Of a DNA stretch of 64,000 bases, positions 19,345 to 28,537 are shown in pieces (the first letter of the stretch is position 1; every line of letters starts with the position of its first letter). The stretch comes from an uncultured Verrucomicrobiae bacterium (GTDB lineage: Bacteria > Verrucomicrobiota > Verrucomicrobiia > Chthoniobacterales > Chthoniobacteraceae). The notes under the pieces were generated by a model. It was not told the origin of the DNA. It did not search any database and was given only the letters and a program-made list of their open reading frames with translations. Where the stretch lies: positions 224,001-288,000 of the forward strand of contig CAVYKI010000002.1 of assembly GCA_963769025.1 (NCBI GenBank), written 5' to 3'. The position numbers and the translations under genes are program-made.

Positions 19345-20171
19345 CGGACGCGAATGCGATCCAGGAAGCGGCACTCGATGCGGATTACGTCGCGCGTTTC
19401 GGCGGCATCGGGCGGCTCTTCGGCAATGCCGCGATGGAACGCCTGCACTCGGCGCACGTGTGTGTCGTCGGCATCGGCGGCGTGGGCTCGTGGGTCGTCG
19501 AGGCGCTCGCGCGCACGGGCATCGGTGCGCTGACGATCGTGGATGCGGATGACGTGTGCGTGACGAACGTGAACCGCCAGCTTCCCGCGCTGACCGACAC
19601 CGTGGGCCGTCCGAAGGTCAGCGTGATGGCCGAGCGCGTGCGGCAGATCTCGCCGTCGTGTCGCGTGGAGGCGCGCGGCGAATTTTACACGAAGGCAAAC
19701 TCCGACGAACTGCTCGCGCAACCGTTCGACTTCGTCGTGGATTGCGTGGATCGCATGTCCATCAAGGCGCACCTCATCCACGAATCCCGCCGCCACGGCC
19801 GGCGCGTGCTCACGTGCGGCTCCGCGGGCGGGCGGCGCGATCCGTCGCGGGTGGAAGCAAGCGACCTCGGCATCGCGGGGAACGACGAACTGCTGCGCCA
19901 GGCCCGCCGGCAATTGCGCCGCGAATACGGCTGGCCGGTGGGCAGGGGAGGGCAGCCGCTGGCGATGGGCGTGCCGTGCGTCTTCACGGCGGAAAAGCCC
20001 GTCTATCCGCACCACGACGGCACGTGCCGCGCGGAGCCCGAGGAAGGCGGGAGCCTGCGGATGGACTGCGCGAGCGGATTCGGCGCGGCGACGTTCATCA
20101 CCGGCGTGTTCGGATTCGTCGCGGCGTCGGAGGTCGTGCGCCTGCTGCTGTCACCAGAAACGGAGAAGTAA
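19341..20171 (+). CDS. tcdA: tRNA threonylcarbamoyladenosine dehydratase (ThiF/E1-like)
   Basis: RFGGIGRLFG, VVGIGGVGSW, TNVNRQ and MDCASGFGAATFITGVFGF; ATGA overlap with hslO. Confidence 0.88.
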   Translation: MTDANAIQEAALDADYVARFGGIGRLFGNAAMERLHSAHVCVVGIGGVGSWVVEALARTGIGALTIVDADDVCVTNVNRQLPALTDTVGRPKVSVMAERVRQISPSCRVEARGEFYTKANSDELLAQPFDFVVDCVDRMSIKAHLIHESRRHGRRVLTCGSAGGRRDPSRVEASDLGIAGNDELLRQARRQLRREYGWPVGRGGQPLAMGVPCVFTAEKPVYPHHDGTCRAEPEEGGSLRMDCASGFGAATFITGVFGFVAASEVVRLLLSPETEK

Positions 20172-20257
20172 TCCGCAGATTGCGCAGATTAGCCCAGATG
20201 AAACTGACCTCGTTTCGTCCGATGCTTCTTCTGCGAAAATCTGCGCAACCTGCGGAT
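20171..20257. repeat. Inverted-repeat element of 9-mer-periodic units, between convergent genes
   Basis: ATCCGCAGATTGCGCAGATT (20171-20190) pairs with AATCTGCGCAACCTGCGGAT (20238-20257) with one mismatch; a second copy is at 22294-22461. Confidence 0.85.
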
Positions 20258-20274
20258 GAAACTGCCTCGTGCGC

Positions 20275-21102
20275 CTACTCGACGGTGTTCCGCAGCGTGC
20301 CGATTGACGCAATCGTGATCGCGACCTCGTCGCCGTGTTGGAGCGTGAACTCGTTCGGCGGCACGAGGCCGGTGCCGGTCAGCAGCACGCAGCCTGCGGG
20401 GAATCCATTTTCGCGCATGAGCCAGCCGGCGAGTTCCTCGAAGGTGCGCTTCATCTGCGAAATGGAAGTCGCGCCGGAGAATACCTCCGCTCCGCCGCGT
20501 CGGATGCGCAGCTCGATGGCCGTCTCGCGCGGGAGCGGCTCGCGCACGACGATGCCGGGACCGAGCGCGCAGCAGCCGAGATAGACCTTTGCCTGCGGGA
20601 GATAGAGCGGATTTTCCCCCTCGATGTCGCGCGAACTCATGTCGTTGCCGACGGTGTAGCCGAAGATTTTGCCCGCGGTGTTGATCGCCAGCGCGACTTC
20701 CGGCTCGGGCACGTTCCACTTGGAATCTTCGCGGATGCGCACCGCCGCGCCGGGCGCGACCACGCGATGCGGCGTCGCCTTGAAGAACAGCTCCGGCCGG
20801 TCCGCCGCATACACGCGATCGTAAACATTGCCGCCGTCCTTGCTCTCCTCCATCCGCGCATCGCGCGAACGGAGATACGTGACGCCGGACGCCCACACTT
20901 CCTGCGACTGGACCGGCGCGAGGAGTTCCGGGGGCAGCTCGACGGGCTTCCCGTCGCTGAGCATCGGCTCGAGCAGGAAATGCGGATCCGCGTGCTGGAA
21001 CACGGCGTCCATCGTGAGGTCGGCGAGGAGGAAGCAATCCTCGCCGCGCTGTGCGACGAGTCCGGCGGCGGTGCGGTACAGGGTGATCGGGAGCAGAGAC
21101 AT
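20275..21102 (-). CDS. Fumarylacetoacetate hydrolase family protein (2-keto-3-deoxy-pentonate dehydratase XylX/KdaD-like)
   Basis: [48 protein letters not shown]. Confidence 0.88.
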   Translation of the reverse strand: MSLLPITLYRTAAGLVAQRGEDCFLLADLTMDAVFQHADPHFLLEPMLSDGKPVELPPELLAPVQSQEVWASGVTYLRSRDARMEESKDGGNVYDRVYAADRPELFFKATPHRVVAPGAAVRIREDSKWNVPEPEVALAINTAGKIFGYTVGNDMSSRDIEGENPLYLPQAKVYLGCCALGPGIVVREPLPRETAIELRIRRGGAEVFSGATSISQMKRTFEELAGWLMRENGFPAGCVLLTGTGLVPPNEFTLQHGDEVAITIASIGTLRNTVE

Positions 21103-21149
21103 CCTGCGGATGACATCCGTCCCGTGGGGCGATGGCAAGGCGATGCGCT

Positions 21150-22256
21150 TCAGCGTTTGCCAAAAAGGAACGTGAGCGCGGCACCGAGCCGCGCGCGCCA
21201 CGCCGTGAGCGTGTGCTCCGCGCCGTCGGCCACGTTCACGGTGAAGTCGCGTCCTTTCACGAGCTTCTTCTTCTCCAGCGCAGCGGTGGCGCGGTCCTGG
21301 TAGAGCGCCATGTTCGCGTCGCCGAGCAGCGTGCCGTGGTCGAAGTAGATCTTCGTCCCGAGGGCGATGTGCGCGTGTTCGAGGTGGCGGATGAGTTCGC
21401 ACTCGTGCGGCGGATCCGCACTCAGATCTTCGAAATATGTCGAGAGGCATGCGAAACGGCCGAACGTCCCGCCGTGCCGCGTCGCCATCCACAGCGCGAG
21501 CGCGCCGCCGAGGCCGAAGCCGAGCACGCCCGTGTTCGCCGGATCGGGAAGCGTGCGGTCGCGGCAAAATGTCCAGTCGATGAACGGCTTCAGGTCGTTC
21601 ACGAGGAAGTCGGCCATCTTCGGCCCGTCCCACTGCGGCGAGAGTTCCTCGTCGCGCTGGCCAAACTGATCGCGGTGAAATACGGCGACGAGGATGACAT
21701 CCGGGATCAACCCGTGCCGCGCGAGCCGGCGCACCCAGTCGTCGGCCGTGATGGATTCGTGCGCGCAGGTGTCGAGCGCCGCGAGCGTGTCCTGCCCGTC
21801 GAGCAGATAGAGCACCGGATGCCTTGAATCGTGGCTCCGCATGAACCCGGGGGGCAGCCAAACGACGGTGCGGCGGTGATGGCCGAATTGCGTGGCATTG
21901 AGCTCGCAGTCGATCGTCTTGCCGAAAATCGCGTCGTGTTCGAGCGGCGGGCAGTCCTTCCAATGGTGGACATCGATGGCGACGTCGATGTCGTGCAGCA
22001 TGAGATACTGGTAGTTCAGCACGACCGAGCCATCGAGGCGCGTCTCCTCCGTGTCCCACGAGCCGCGCGTGATTTTGAACTCCACGACTCCGCCCGGCAG
22101 ATCCGCCGCGCCGCGAAATTTCCCGTCGTCACCGCGTTCGAGCTCCAGTCCGCGCTCGGCCTGCCAGTTGCCGAGCGCCGGGTCGGTGCCGACGATCACC
22201 ACGCGCTGGCGCGTCGGGTCGGCGGGGATGGTGACTTCAAAGGTGAGGCGCGGCAT
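21150..22256 (-). CDS. CBM20-like domain plus alpha/beta hydrolase fold (esterase family) with Gly at the nucleophile position
   Basis: [11 protein letters not shown] and EFKITRGSW (CBM20-like); [31 protein letters not shown]. Confidence 0.8.
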   Translation of the reverse strand: MPRLTFEVTIPADPTRQRVVIVGTDPALGNWQAERGLELERGDDGKFRGAADLPGGVVEFKITRGSWDTEETRLDGSVVLNYQYLMLHDIDVAIDVHHWKDCPPLEHDAIFGKTIDCELNATQFGHHRRTVVWLPPGFMRSHDSRHPVLYLLDGQDTLAALDTCAHESITADDWVRRLARHGLIPDVILVAVFHRDQFGQRDEELSPQWDGPKMADFLVNDLKPFIDWTFCRDRTLPDPANTGVLGFGLGGALALWMATRHGGTFGRFACLSTYFEDLSADPPHECELIRHLEHAHIALGTKIYFDHGTLLGDANMALYQDRATAALEKKKLVKGRDFTVNVADGAEHTLTAWRARLGAALTFLFGKR

Positions 22257-22293
22257 CGGGCTCGGAGACTACCGACATGCCGGCAGAAAAGGA

Positions 22294-22461
22294 ATCCGCA
22301 GATTGCGCCGATTTTCGCAGAATGACGTACCGTAGCCGCCGACGGCAGGAGGCGGGCCATTCATGACATGCGCCATTTTGATTGGCCCGCCTCCTGCCAT
22401 TGGCGGCTACGATGGGTAGCGCGCCATTTCGAATCTGCGTCCATCTGCGCAATCTGCGGAT
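22294..22461. repeat. Second copy of the ATCCGCAGATTGCGC inverted-repeat element, enclosing a GTAG-type REP doublet
   Basis: ATCCGCAGATTGCGCCGAT ... ATCTGCGCAATCTGCGGAT. Confidence 0.85.
22331..22411. repeat. GTAG-family REP doublet (REPIN-like inverted pair)
   Basis: CGTAGCCGCCGACGGCAGGAGGCGGGCCA ... TGGCCCGCCTCCTGCCATTGGCGGCTACG, a near-perfect 29 bp inverted repeat beginning with GTAG. Confidence 0.8.
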
Positions 22462-22469
22462 GAACGCCG

Positions 22470-23573
22470 CTACCACAACGACATCTGCGCAGTCGGCACG
22501 CGGAAATGGTCCGCGCTCAATCCTCGCGCGCCGATGTCGAGCGCGGCGTCGTGCATGGCGAAGTCCGCGCGCCGCGATGCCACCTCGTAAAATTGCCGCA
22601 ACTGCTCCGCCGCCGGGCCGGTGCCGCTCATGCGCTTGCCGAACTCGGAGCGATACAGCGCGCCCTCGCGAAACTCCCGGATGCGTCCGAGGATCTTCTC
22701 CTTCTGCCCCGGCACGTGGCGCTCCAGCCATTCGGTGAAAATCGGCTCCACCGAGAGGGGCAGCCGCACGACCGTGTAATGCGCCGAGACCGCACCGGCT
22801 TCCTTCGCAGCAGCGAGCAGCGCGGGGATTTCGTGATCGTTCAGGCCGGGGATGATCGGCGCGGTGAGCACCGAGACTGGCACGCCCGCCGCAGTCAGTT
22901 CGCGGATCGCCGCAAGCCGTCGCGTGGGCGTGCTCGCGCGTGGCTCCAGCTTTTTTGCCAGGTCGCCGTCGAGCGTCGTGAGAGAGATCGCGACATTCAC
23001 CGCACGAAACTTGGCCAGATTGCCAAGCAAATCCGCATCCCGCGTGATGAGGTGGTTCTTCGTGATGAGCGCCACGGGATTCCGGAATTCCGCGAAGACC
23101 TCCAGGCAGCGCCGCGTGAGCTGCAGGCGCCGCTCCACGGGCTGATACACATCCGTGATGCCGCTCATCGCCACGGTCTCCGGCTTCCAGCTTTTCTTCG
23201 ACAGCTCCGCGCGCAGCAGCTCCGGCGCGCGTTCTTTCACGAGGATGCGGCTCTCAAATTCCAGCCCCGCATTGAACCCGAGATACTCGTGCGAGGGCCG
23301 CGCAAAGCAGTACGCGCAGCCATGCTCGCAGCCGCGATAAGGCGAGCAGCCGACGCGGAACGGGATGTCCGGCGAATCATTCCGCGTGAGGATGCTCTGC
23401 GCGTCATCGCGGAAAAACTGGGTTCGCAGAGGGAGCGGCTTTCCGTCATCGTCCAGCAGCGCATCCGGCTCGATTTCGATGCGCTGCGACTCGAACCGGT
23501 TCGGTGTGTTCAGCCCGGCTCCGCGGCCGGCCGGCGCGGGGGGCATTGGTGAACTGTGCGCATTGTCCTGCAT
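22470..23573 (-). CDS. Radical SAM protein, PA0069/Rv2578c family (SPL-like)
   Basis: NDSPDIPF, PYRGCEHGCAYCFARPSHEYL, DVYQPVER, APIIPGLND. Confidence 0.9.
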   Translation of the reverse strand: MQDNAHSSPMPPAPAGRGAGLNTPNRFESQRIEIEPDALLDDDGKPLPLRTQFFRDDAQSILTRNDSPDIPFRVGCSPYRGCEHGCAYCFARPSHEYLGFNAGLEFESRILVKERAPELLRAELSKKSWKPETVAMSGITDVYQPVERRLQLTRRCLEVFAEFRNPVALITKNHLITRDADLLGNLAKFRAVNVAISLTTLDGDLAKKLEPRASTPTRRLAAIRELTAAGVPVSVLTAPIIPGLNDHEIPALLAAAKEAGAVSAHYTVVRLPLSVEPIFTEWLERHVPGQKEKILGRIREFREGALYRSEFGKRMSGTGPAAEQLRQFYEVASRRADFAMHDAALDIGARGLSADHFRVPTAQMSLW

Positions 23574-23580
23574 CGGGGCT

Positions 23581-23651
23581 GTGATTGGTGACTGGCAATC
23601 GGTTCTCGCGAGTCGTGCGGAAATAAGACCGGTCACTTTTTACCAGTCACC
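23581..23651. repeat. Inverted pair of heptamer-periodic repeats
   Basis: GTGATTG GTGACTG GCAATCG GT ... ACCGGTCAC TTTTTAC CAGTCAC C; same unit type as 364-391 and 519-553. Confidence 0.6.
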
Positions 23652-23895
23652 GTCTGCCCCGTGGCCACCGCCCGCCGTGCAAAGTCCGGCGCGCGCGTCC
23701 CGAGTGCGGGCATGGTGGACTGAATGAGCCATGCCCTCGACTGTGCGCCGGAACACCCTGCTGACGAGCGGAAAGTTTCTGCCAGGTCCTTGGTTTGGCG
23801 TTCCCCGCGTGCAGACAGTGATGCAGCCGTTTCATTGAAGCCCGCAGCGGTCCTTTTCGTGGACATTTGCACGTTCAGCGTTACGTTCCGCGCAC

Positions 23896-24909
23896 TTGAA
23901 ACCGGATCCGAGAACCGGCTCGGATCTGATCCTCGCCACCAAACCATTCGCCAAAGATTCCACTCTGGGTAGCTGGTGGCGCGTCCTCTCCACCGCGCTC
24001 CTTCTGCTCGCAGCACTGGCCGGGACGCATTGGAATGTGAACGCCGCGGGAGCGCTCGCGTGCAGCCTCCTCAGCGGATTGCTGCTGCTGCGGTTTTTCG
24101 TCATCTACCACGATCAGCAGCACCATGCCATCCTGCCGCGCTCGCGTGTCGCGGAGGTGTTCATGCGGGTATTCGGCATCCTCGCACTCAGCCCGAGCAG
24201 CGTCTGGCGCAGTTCGCACAATCATCATCACACGCACAACTCCCAGCTGCGCGGCTCACATATCGGATCGTTCCCGATCATGACAAAGGCCGCTTTCCTG
24301 AAGTCGTCCGCTTCCGTCCGCTTCCGCTATCTCTTCATGCGGCACCCGCTCACGATCCTCTTTGGCTACGTGTTCGTGTTCCTGTTCGGCATGTGCATCG
24401 CACCTTTCCTCAATGACCCGAAGCAGAACCGCGACAGCCTCGTGGCGCTGCTTGTCCACGTCGCGATCGGGGTGGCTCTCGCATGGACTTGGGGATGGCA
24501 GGCGCTGGTGCTCACGCAGACGATCCCGCACTTCATCGCCTGTGCCGTCGGCTCCTATCTTTTCTACGCTCAGCACAATTTCCCCGGCGTGCGCTTCGCA
24601 GACAAGGCCGGATGGACCTACAACACTGCCGCGCTCGAATCATCGAGCTACATGGAGACCGGCCCGATCATGGGATGGTTCACCGCTAACATCGGCTACC
24701 ATCACATCCACCACCTGAACGCCCGCATCCCATTTTACCGGCTCCCGGAAGTGCTGCGCGAAATCCCCGAACTGCGGACGCCGAAGCGCACCTCGCTGCA
24801 TCCCGCCGAAATCCTCCGCTGCCTCCGCCTGAAAGTGTGGGACGTGGACGCGCAGCGCATGGTCGGCGTGCGTGGTGCGTCACCGGCAATCGCCATCGCG
24901 GCGGGCTGA
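23896..24909 (+). CDS. Membrane fatty acid desaturase
   Basis: Three His boxes (HDQQH, HNHHH, HHIHH), IPFYRL and TM segments. TTG start uncertain. Confidence 0.9.
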   Translation: MKPDPRTGSDLILATKPFAKDSTLGSWWRVLSTALLLLAALAGTHWNVNAAGALACSLLSGLLLLRFFVIYHDQQHHAILPRSRVAEVFMRVFGILALSPSSVWRSSHNHHHTHNSQLRGSHIGSFPIMTKAAFLKSSASVRFRYLFMRHPLTILFGYVFVFLFGMCIAPFLNDPKQNRDSLVALLVHVAIGVALAWTWGWQALVLTQTIPHFIACAVGSYLFYAQHNFPGVRFADKAGWTYNTAALESSSYMETGPIMGWFTANIGYHHIHHLNARIPFYRLPEVLREIPELRTPKRTSLHPAEILRCLRLKVWDVDAQRMVGVRGASPAIAIAAG

Positions 24910-25048
24910 TATCAAACTGTCACCACGATGCCGTCCTATTCGTAATCCCGAGGCTGCCGTGACACCGTCCGTCCGTGGGACGCGTTGAGGAGCGAAAACT
25001 CATGAAGATGAGGATCACGGCCCGCATTTTCCCATATCACCCACCCCC

Positions 25049-26104
25049 ATGCCACACACCGCCGCAGAAATCGCAACCATCGTCCAAGGTGAAGTCCTGG
25101 GCGACGCAACCGCCATCCTCACCGGGCTCGCTGCCGCCGGGGCCGCAACTGCGGGCGATCTGACGTTCGCGGAAAAGGGACCGCAGTTCCTCGCCGCCGA
25201 CCTGGGCCAAGCAGCAGCCATCCTCGCGCTCGCTCCCTTCACCTCCGAACGCAAGACCGTCATCCGCGTGGCAAACCCGCGCGTCGCCTTCGCCAAAGTG
25301 CTCCCGCTTTTCCATCCCCTGCAGGAATTCATTCCCGGCATTGATTCCCGCGCGAGCATCGCCTCCACCGCACAGATCGATCCCACCGCGCACATCGGCC
25401 CGCACTGCGTCGTCGGAGAACATGTCACCGTCGGCCCGCGCTCCGTCCTCATGGGCGGCAACCACGTCCGCAGCGGCTCCCGCATCGGTGCGGATGCGCG
25501 CCTTTACCCGAACGTGGTCCTCTGCGAGCGCACCCAACTCGGCGACCGCGTGACCATCCACGCCGGCACCGTCATCGGCTCCGACGGCTACGGATACGTC
25601 TTCGATGCAGGCATCCACCGCAAAGTCCTGCAAGTCGGCAATGTCGTCATCCACGATGACGTCGAAATCGGCGCAAACGCCGCCATCGATCGAGCCGCGC
25701 TCGGCTCCACGGTGATTGGCGCCGGGACAAAAATAGACAACCTTGTCCACATCGCCCACAACGTCACCATTGGGCGCCACTGCCTCATCATGGGCCAGGT
25801 CGGATTCGCCGGCAGCACCGATCTCGGCGACTACTCCGTCGTCGCTTCACAGTCCGGCATCGCAGGTCACCTGAAGCTCGGCCCGCAAGCCACCATCGGC
25901 GCCAAGTCCGGTGTCATGCGCGACATTCCGCCGAAAGGCACCGTCCTCGGCATCCCCGCGCAGCCCGACAAGCAGATGAAGCGCCAGTGGATCGCCATGC
26001 AGCAGCTCCCCGAGACCGTCCGCCGCGTGCGCGAACTCGAAAAGCTTGTGGCCCAGCTCTCCGCAAAATTCGGCATTCCCGCCGAACCCAAACCCGGCAC
26101 CTAG
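25049..26104 (+). CDS. lpxD: UDP-3-O-(3-hydroxyacyl)glucosamine N-acyltransferase
   Basis: Hexapeptide repeats, GSDGYGY, EIGANAAIDR, KIDNLVHIAHNV. Confidence 0.95.
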   Translation: MPHTAAEIATIVQGEVLGDATAILTGLAAAGAATAGDLTFAEKGPQFLAADLGQAAAILALAPFTSERKTVIRVANPRVAFAKVLPLFHPLQEFIPGIDSRASIASTAQIDPTAHIGPHCVVGEHVTVGPRSVLMGGNHVRSGSRIGADARLYPNVVLCERTQLGDRVTIHAGTVIGSDGYGYVFDAGIHRKVLQVGNVVIHDDVEIGANAAIDRAALGSTVIGAGTKIDNLVHIAHNVTIGRHCLIMGQVGFAGSTDLGDYSVVASQSGIAGHLKLGPQATIGAKSGVMRDIPPKGTVLGIPAQPDKQMKRQWIAMQQLPETVRRVRELEKLVAQLSAKFGIPAEPKPGT

Positions 26105-26240
26105 CCGGATACTCCGGCAGCCCGCACGGTTCCGTCCGGCTCACCCGCTGACGCGATTGCGCCATCCACAGGTGTGGTTGGCGCGACCATGGAGCGTCTC
26201 CCGGAGCGATCGCAGCGGTTAGGGATCCGCACCGTCAGCC

Positions 26241-26783
26241 TCACGGCTTCCAAGCCTTGCTCCACAGCACGTAAATCTCATGGATTGCCCGGCGCTCCAG
26301 CGGTGTCCACTCGGCGGTGCGCTCGGCGAGCGTCTTGTATTCGCCGAACCGCGGGTCGCGCTCCACGGCGAGCTGGTAGTTTTCCAACGCCTCCTTCGTC
26401 CTGCCGGTGCCCCAGTAGCCGAGCACGAGCGAGTAATAGTCGTAGTGCGACTTGAAGCCGCTCATCTTCACCGCCACCTCGAATTCGCGCACCGCCTCGG
26501 CGTAATCGCCCAGATTGAAATACGCCCAGCCCGCACGGTTGTGCATCGGCCCGGTGTCCTTGAGCGCCACCGACTTCCGGATGTCCGCGCGCGCCTCCTC
26601 CTTCCGCCCGAGCAACGCCAGCGTGTAGCCGCGGTTCGAGTAAGCCTGCGAATCCTCGGCATTCGCCGCGATTTGCTTGTTCAGGTTTTCCAGCTTCGGG
26701 GTCACGTCTACCGGCTGCAAGTCCGCGGCGAAGGCGGACACGGCGAGACACACGGACAGCGCAAAAAGACGCGAGGGGTTCAT
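26241..26783 (-). CDS. Secreted TPR-repeat protein
   Basis: Signal peptide; AYSNRGYTLALLGRKEEA and HNRAGWAYFNLGDYAEA TPR-like repeats. Confidence 0.8.
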   Translation of the reverse strand: MNPSRLFALSVCLAVSAFAADLQPVDVTPKLENLNKQIAANAEDSQAYSNRGYTLALLGRKEEARADIRKSVALKDTGPMHNRAGWAYFNLGDYAEAVREFEVAVKMSGFKSHYDYYSLVLGYWGTGRTKEALENYQLAVERDPRFGEYKTLAERTAEWTPLERRAIHEIYVLWSKAWKP

Positions 26784-26867
26784 GCGGGGAATCTTTGTTG
26801 AGGATGGGCCGAGGGTAAAGCTTTCGTGCGGGAGGGATTCAGGCCGCTAGATCACGCCTGATGGGGT

Positions 26868-27794
26868 TCAGTCTGTTCCTTCTTCTCGTTCCTGCGCTCG
26901 AGAAGGAGGGATCACAATTGTCTGTGTTCCAGACGGCGATGAAACAGTGAGAGTGCCCGGTCCCGTGAATTTGATAGGTATGCTCACTGTTTCGTGGATT
27001 CGGTGTTTTTTGTTCAGCTCCCAAGAAAGGCCGTCCAAGTCTGGAAACAGTGTTGAGCGACTGATTCCGAACACAGCGAGGTCTTTCAGAATTTCTCCTT
27101 TGGCGAATCCTGCGGGGATGAAGAATTCAATCAGGTTTGTTCCAAATTCGTTATGCCGAGGGTTACAGGTCTGGAATTGCATACTTGGCGTGAGAGGTTC
27201 AACTGGGCGTGGGTGGAATGTGAACACGCCTTGTTGAGCATGAATTCGTCGATCCAAGGGATTCGGCTCATAAACCATTACATCGCGGGCCTCATCAAAT
27301 CGGTGATGAGTTATCAAGCCCGTCCCACCGCAATAAGCATAGACTGCCCCGTCGGTATCCGGATCATCACAGACAGAGAAAAACAGCGCGGCCAAAGGAT
27401 TTTTCGTCCAGTCGAGCAATCGGGTAGCTAGTCCATAATGCTGCGCAAGCGCGAGGCACTCCCAATCGTCTGTCGGAAGTTCGCGATAAGCTTTCGCGCG
27501 GTTTTTCCATTCGCTGAAGGCGACCATGTCTTGCGGAGAAATGTAGCCGTATCGGTCGATCTTTTCCCATTTGGTGGAGTCATCGCTTTTCACCGCATCA
27601 GCGCCAGTCGCAGACCTGAATCCAAAAAAGCCGCTTCTCCCTGCCTTTGGGAGGAGGGGCCATTCCTGCCGAGTTCTGGATTGACCGCGGAACAGCCACG
27701 TAAGGCCCCAATGTTCGCTTCCGTATAAGGGACGTGCAGCAGTCAGGAATTCATGCACCGACTTAATCTCAATCTGATTGCTCGGCTGGCTCAT
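26868..27794 (-). CDS. FRG domain-containing protein (AT-richer than flanks)
   Basis: WLFRGQ, LAQHYGLATRLLDWT.NPL.ALFF, RIHAQQGVF, GI.RSTLFPDLDG. Confidence 0.9.
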   Translation of the reverse strand: MSQPSNQIEIKSVHEFLTAARPLYGSEHWGLTWLFRGQSRTRQEWPLLPKAGRSGFFGFRSATGADAVKSDDSTKWEKIDRYGYISPQDMVAFSEWKNRAKAYRELPTDDWECLALAQHYGLATRLLDWTKNPLAALFFSVCDDPDTDGAVYAYCGGTGLITHHRFDEARDVMVYEPNPLDRRIHAQQGVFTFHPRPVEPLTPSMQFQTCNPRHNEFGTNLIEFFIPAGFAKGEILKDLAVFGISRSTLFPDLDGLSWELNKKHRIHETVSIPIKFTGPGTLTVSSPSGTQTIVIPPSRAQEREEGTD

Positions 27795-27817
27795 GGATTC
27801 AAGGACTTAGACGGTGC

Positions 27818-28243
27818 TCATTTCGCCGGGCAGATGACGGGGATCAACTGCCTGCCGTGGCGGCGATAGACTTTGAAGTCGGCGTCGAGCGTCACGAGCG
27901 GGAGCTTCGGGTGCAGTTCGGAGAGGCGCACGAGGCAGGCGTCGGCGAGGGACATCGGCACGTTGACGTAGCGATCCATGAGCGCGCTGATCGCCGCAGC
28001 TTCGTCTTCAAGGTGGAAGGACAGGTCGAAGACTCCATCCGCCAGCATCGCGCGCAGCCGCGTGAGGTGCCGGGGCATGCGGCGCAGGAGGAACCACGCC
28101 TCGCTGATGACTGCCTCGCAGGTGGTGAGGGCGCCGTCGTGCTGCTGGAACTGCTCCACCGCCCATTCGTGGAACTGCTCATCCTCGGCGAGCCACGCGA
28201 CGAGCGGGCCGGTGTCGAGGAGGATGCCCCTGCTAGCGGCCAT
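27818..28243 (-). CDS. vapC: PIN-domain toxin (VapC-like)
   Basis: [31 protein letters not shown]. Confidence 0.88.
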   Translation of the reverse strand: MAASRGILLDTGPLVAWLAEDEQFHEWAVEQFQQHDGALTTCEAVISEAWFLLRRMPRHLTRLRAMLADGVFDLSFHLEDEAAAISALMDRYVNVPMSLADACLVRLSELHPKLPLVTLDADFKVYRRHGRQLIPVICPAK

Positions 28244-28484
28244 AGCCGGAGAGGTGCTTCGGATTCGAGGCGAGATCCTTCACGCCCGTCGCCCCCGCGC
28301 CCTGGTATTTCTGCAGCCGCTCGTGGAGGGACGGGCGCGTCTTTTTCCGCGGCGCTGGATGTGTGGGCATCGCCTGAAGCAGGAGGTCGCGAACGATGGC
28401 GGATTTCGTCTGCTTGCGGCTCTCCGCCGCCGCGTCGAGTGAGGCATTCAGGAAGTCGGGCAGCTTGATCGTGATCGTCTTCAT
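28233..28484 (-). CDS. CopG/ribbon-helix-helix antitoxin
   Basis: [35 protein letters not shown] (RHH pattern), C-terminal [14 protein letters not shown]; overlaps the PIN start by 11 bp. Confidence 0.85.
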   Translation of the reverse strand: MKTITIKLPDFLNASLDAAAESRKQTKSAIVRDLLLQAMPTHPAPRKKTRPSLHERLQKYQGAGATGVKDLASNPKHLSGYGR

Positions 28485-28490
28485 GCGGGA

Positions 28491-28522
28491 AAGGTAATAC
28501 CGACAGGCTAGCATTGCAATAC
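28491..28522 (-). promoter_or_regulatory. Promoter/operator of the TA operon (leaderless type)
   Basis: Minus strand: TTGCAA, 17 bp, TACCTT, 6 nt, ATG. Direct repeats GTATTGC and GTATTAC overlap the -35 and -10 boxes. Confidence 0.6.
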
Positions 28523-28537
28523 GCGATTTGCCCGTGC

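Noticed and set aside
19341..20171. ThiF/E1-like gene as the activating enzyme for UBact
   Set aside because: Motifs match TcdA/CsdL, it is 17 kb away, and Pup/UBact-type tags ending in Q/E are expected to use PafA-type ligases rather than E1 chemistry.
23757..23795. Hammerhead-ribozyme-like words CTGACGAG...GAAA (and CTGAATGAG at about 23720)
   Set aside because: Only 2-3 nt separate CUGANGA from GAAA, so stem II cannot form, and no matching stems I/III are evident.
26800..27817. Mobile-element boundaries around the AT-rich FRG gene
   Set aside because: No integrase, transposase, tRNA target, convincing attC site or target-site duplication found; only a short TCAGGC/GCCTGA hairpin downstream.
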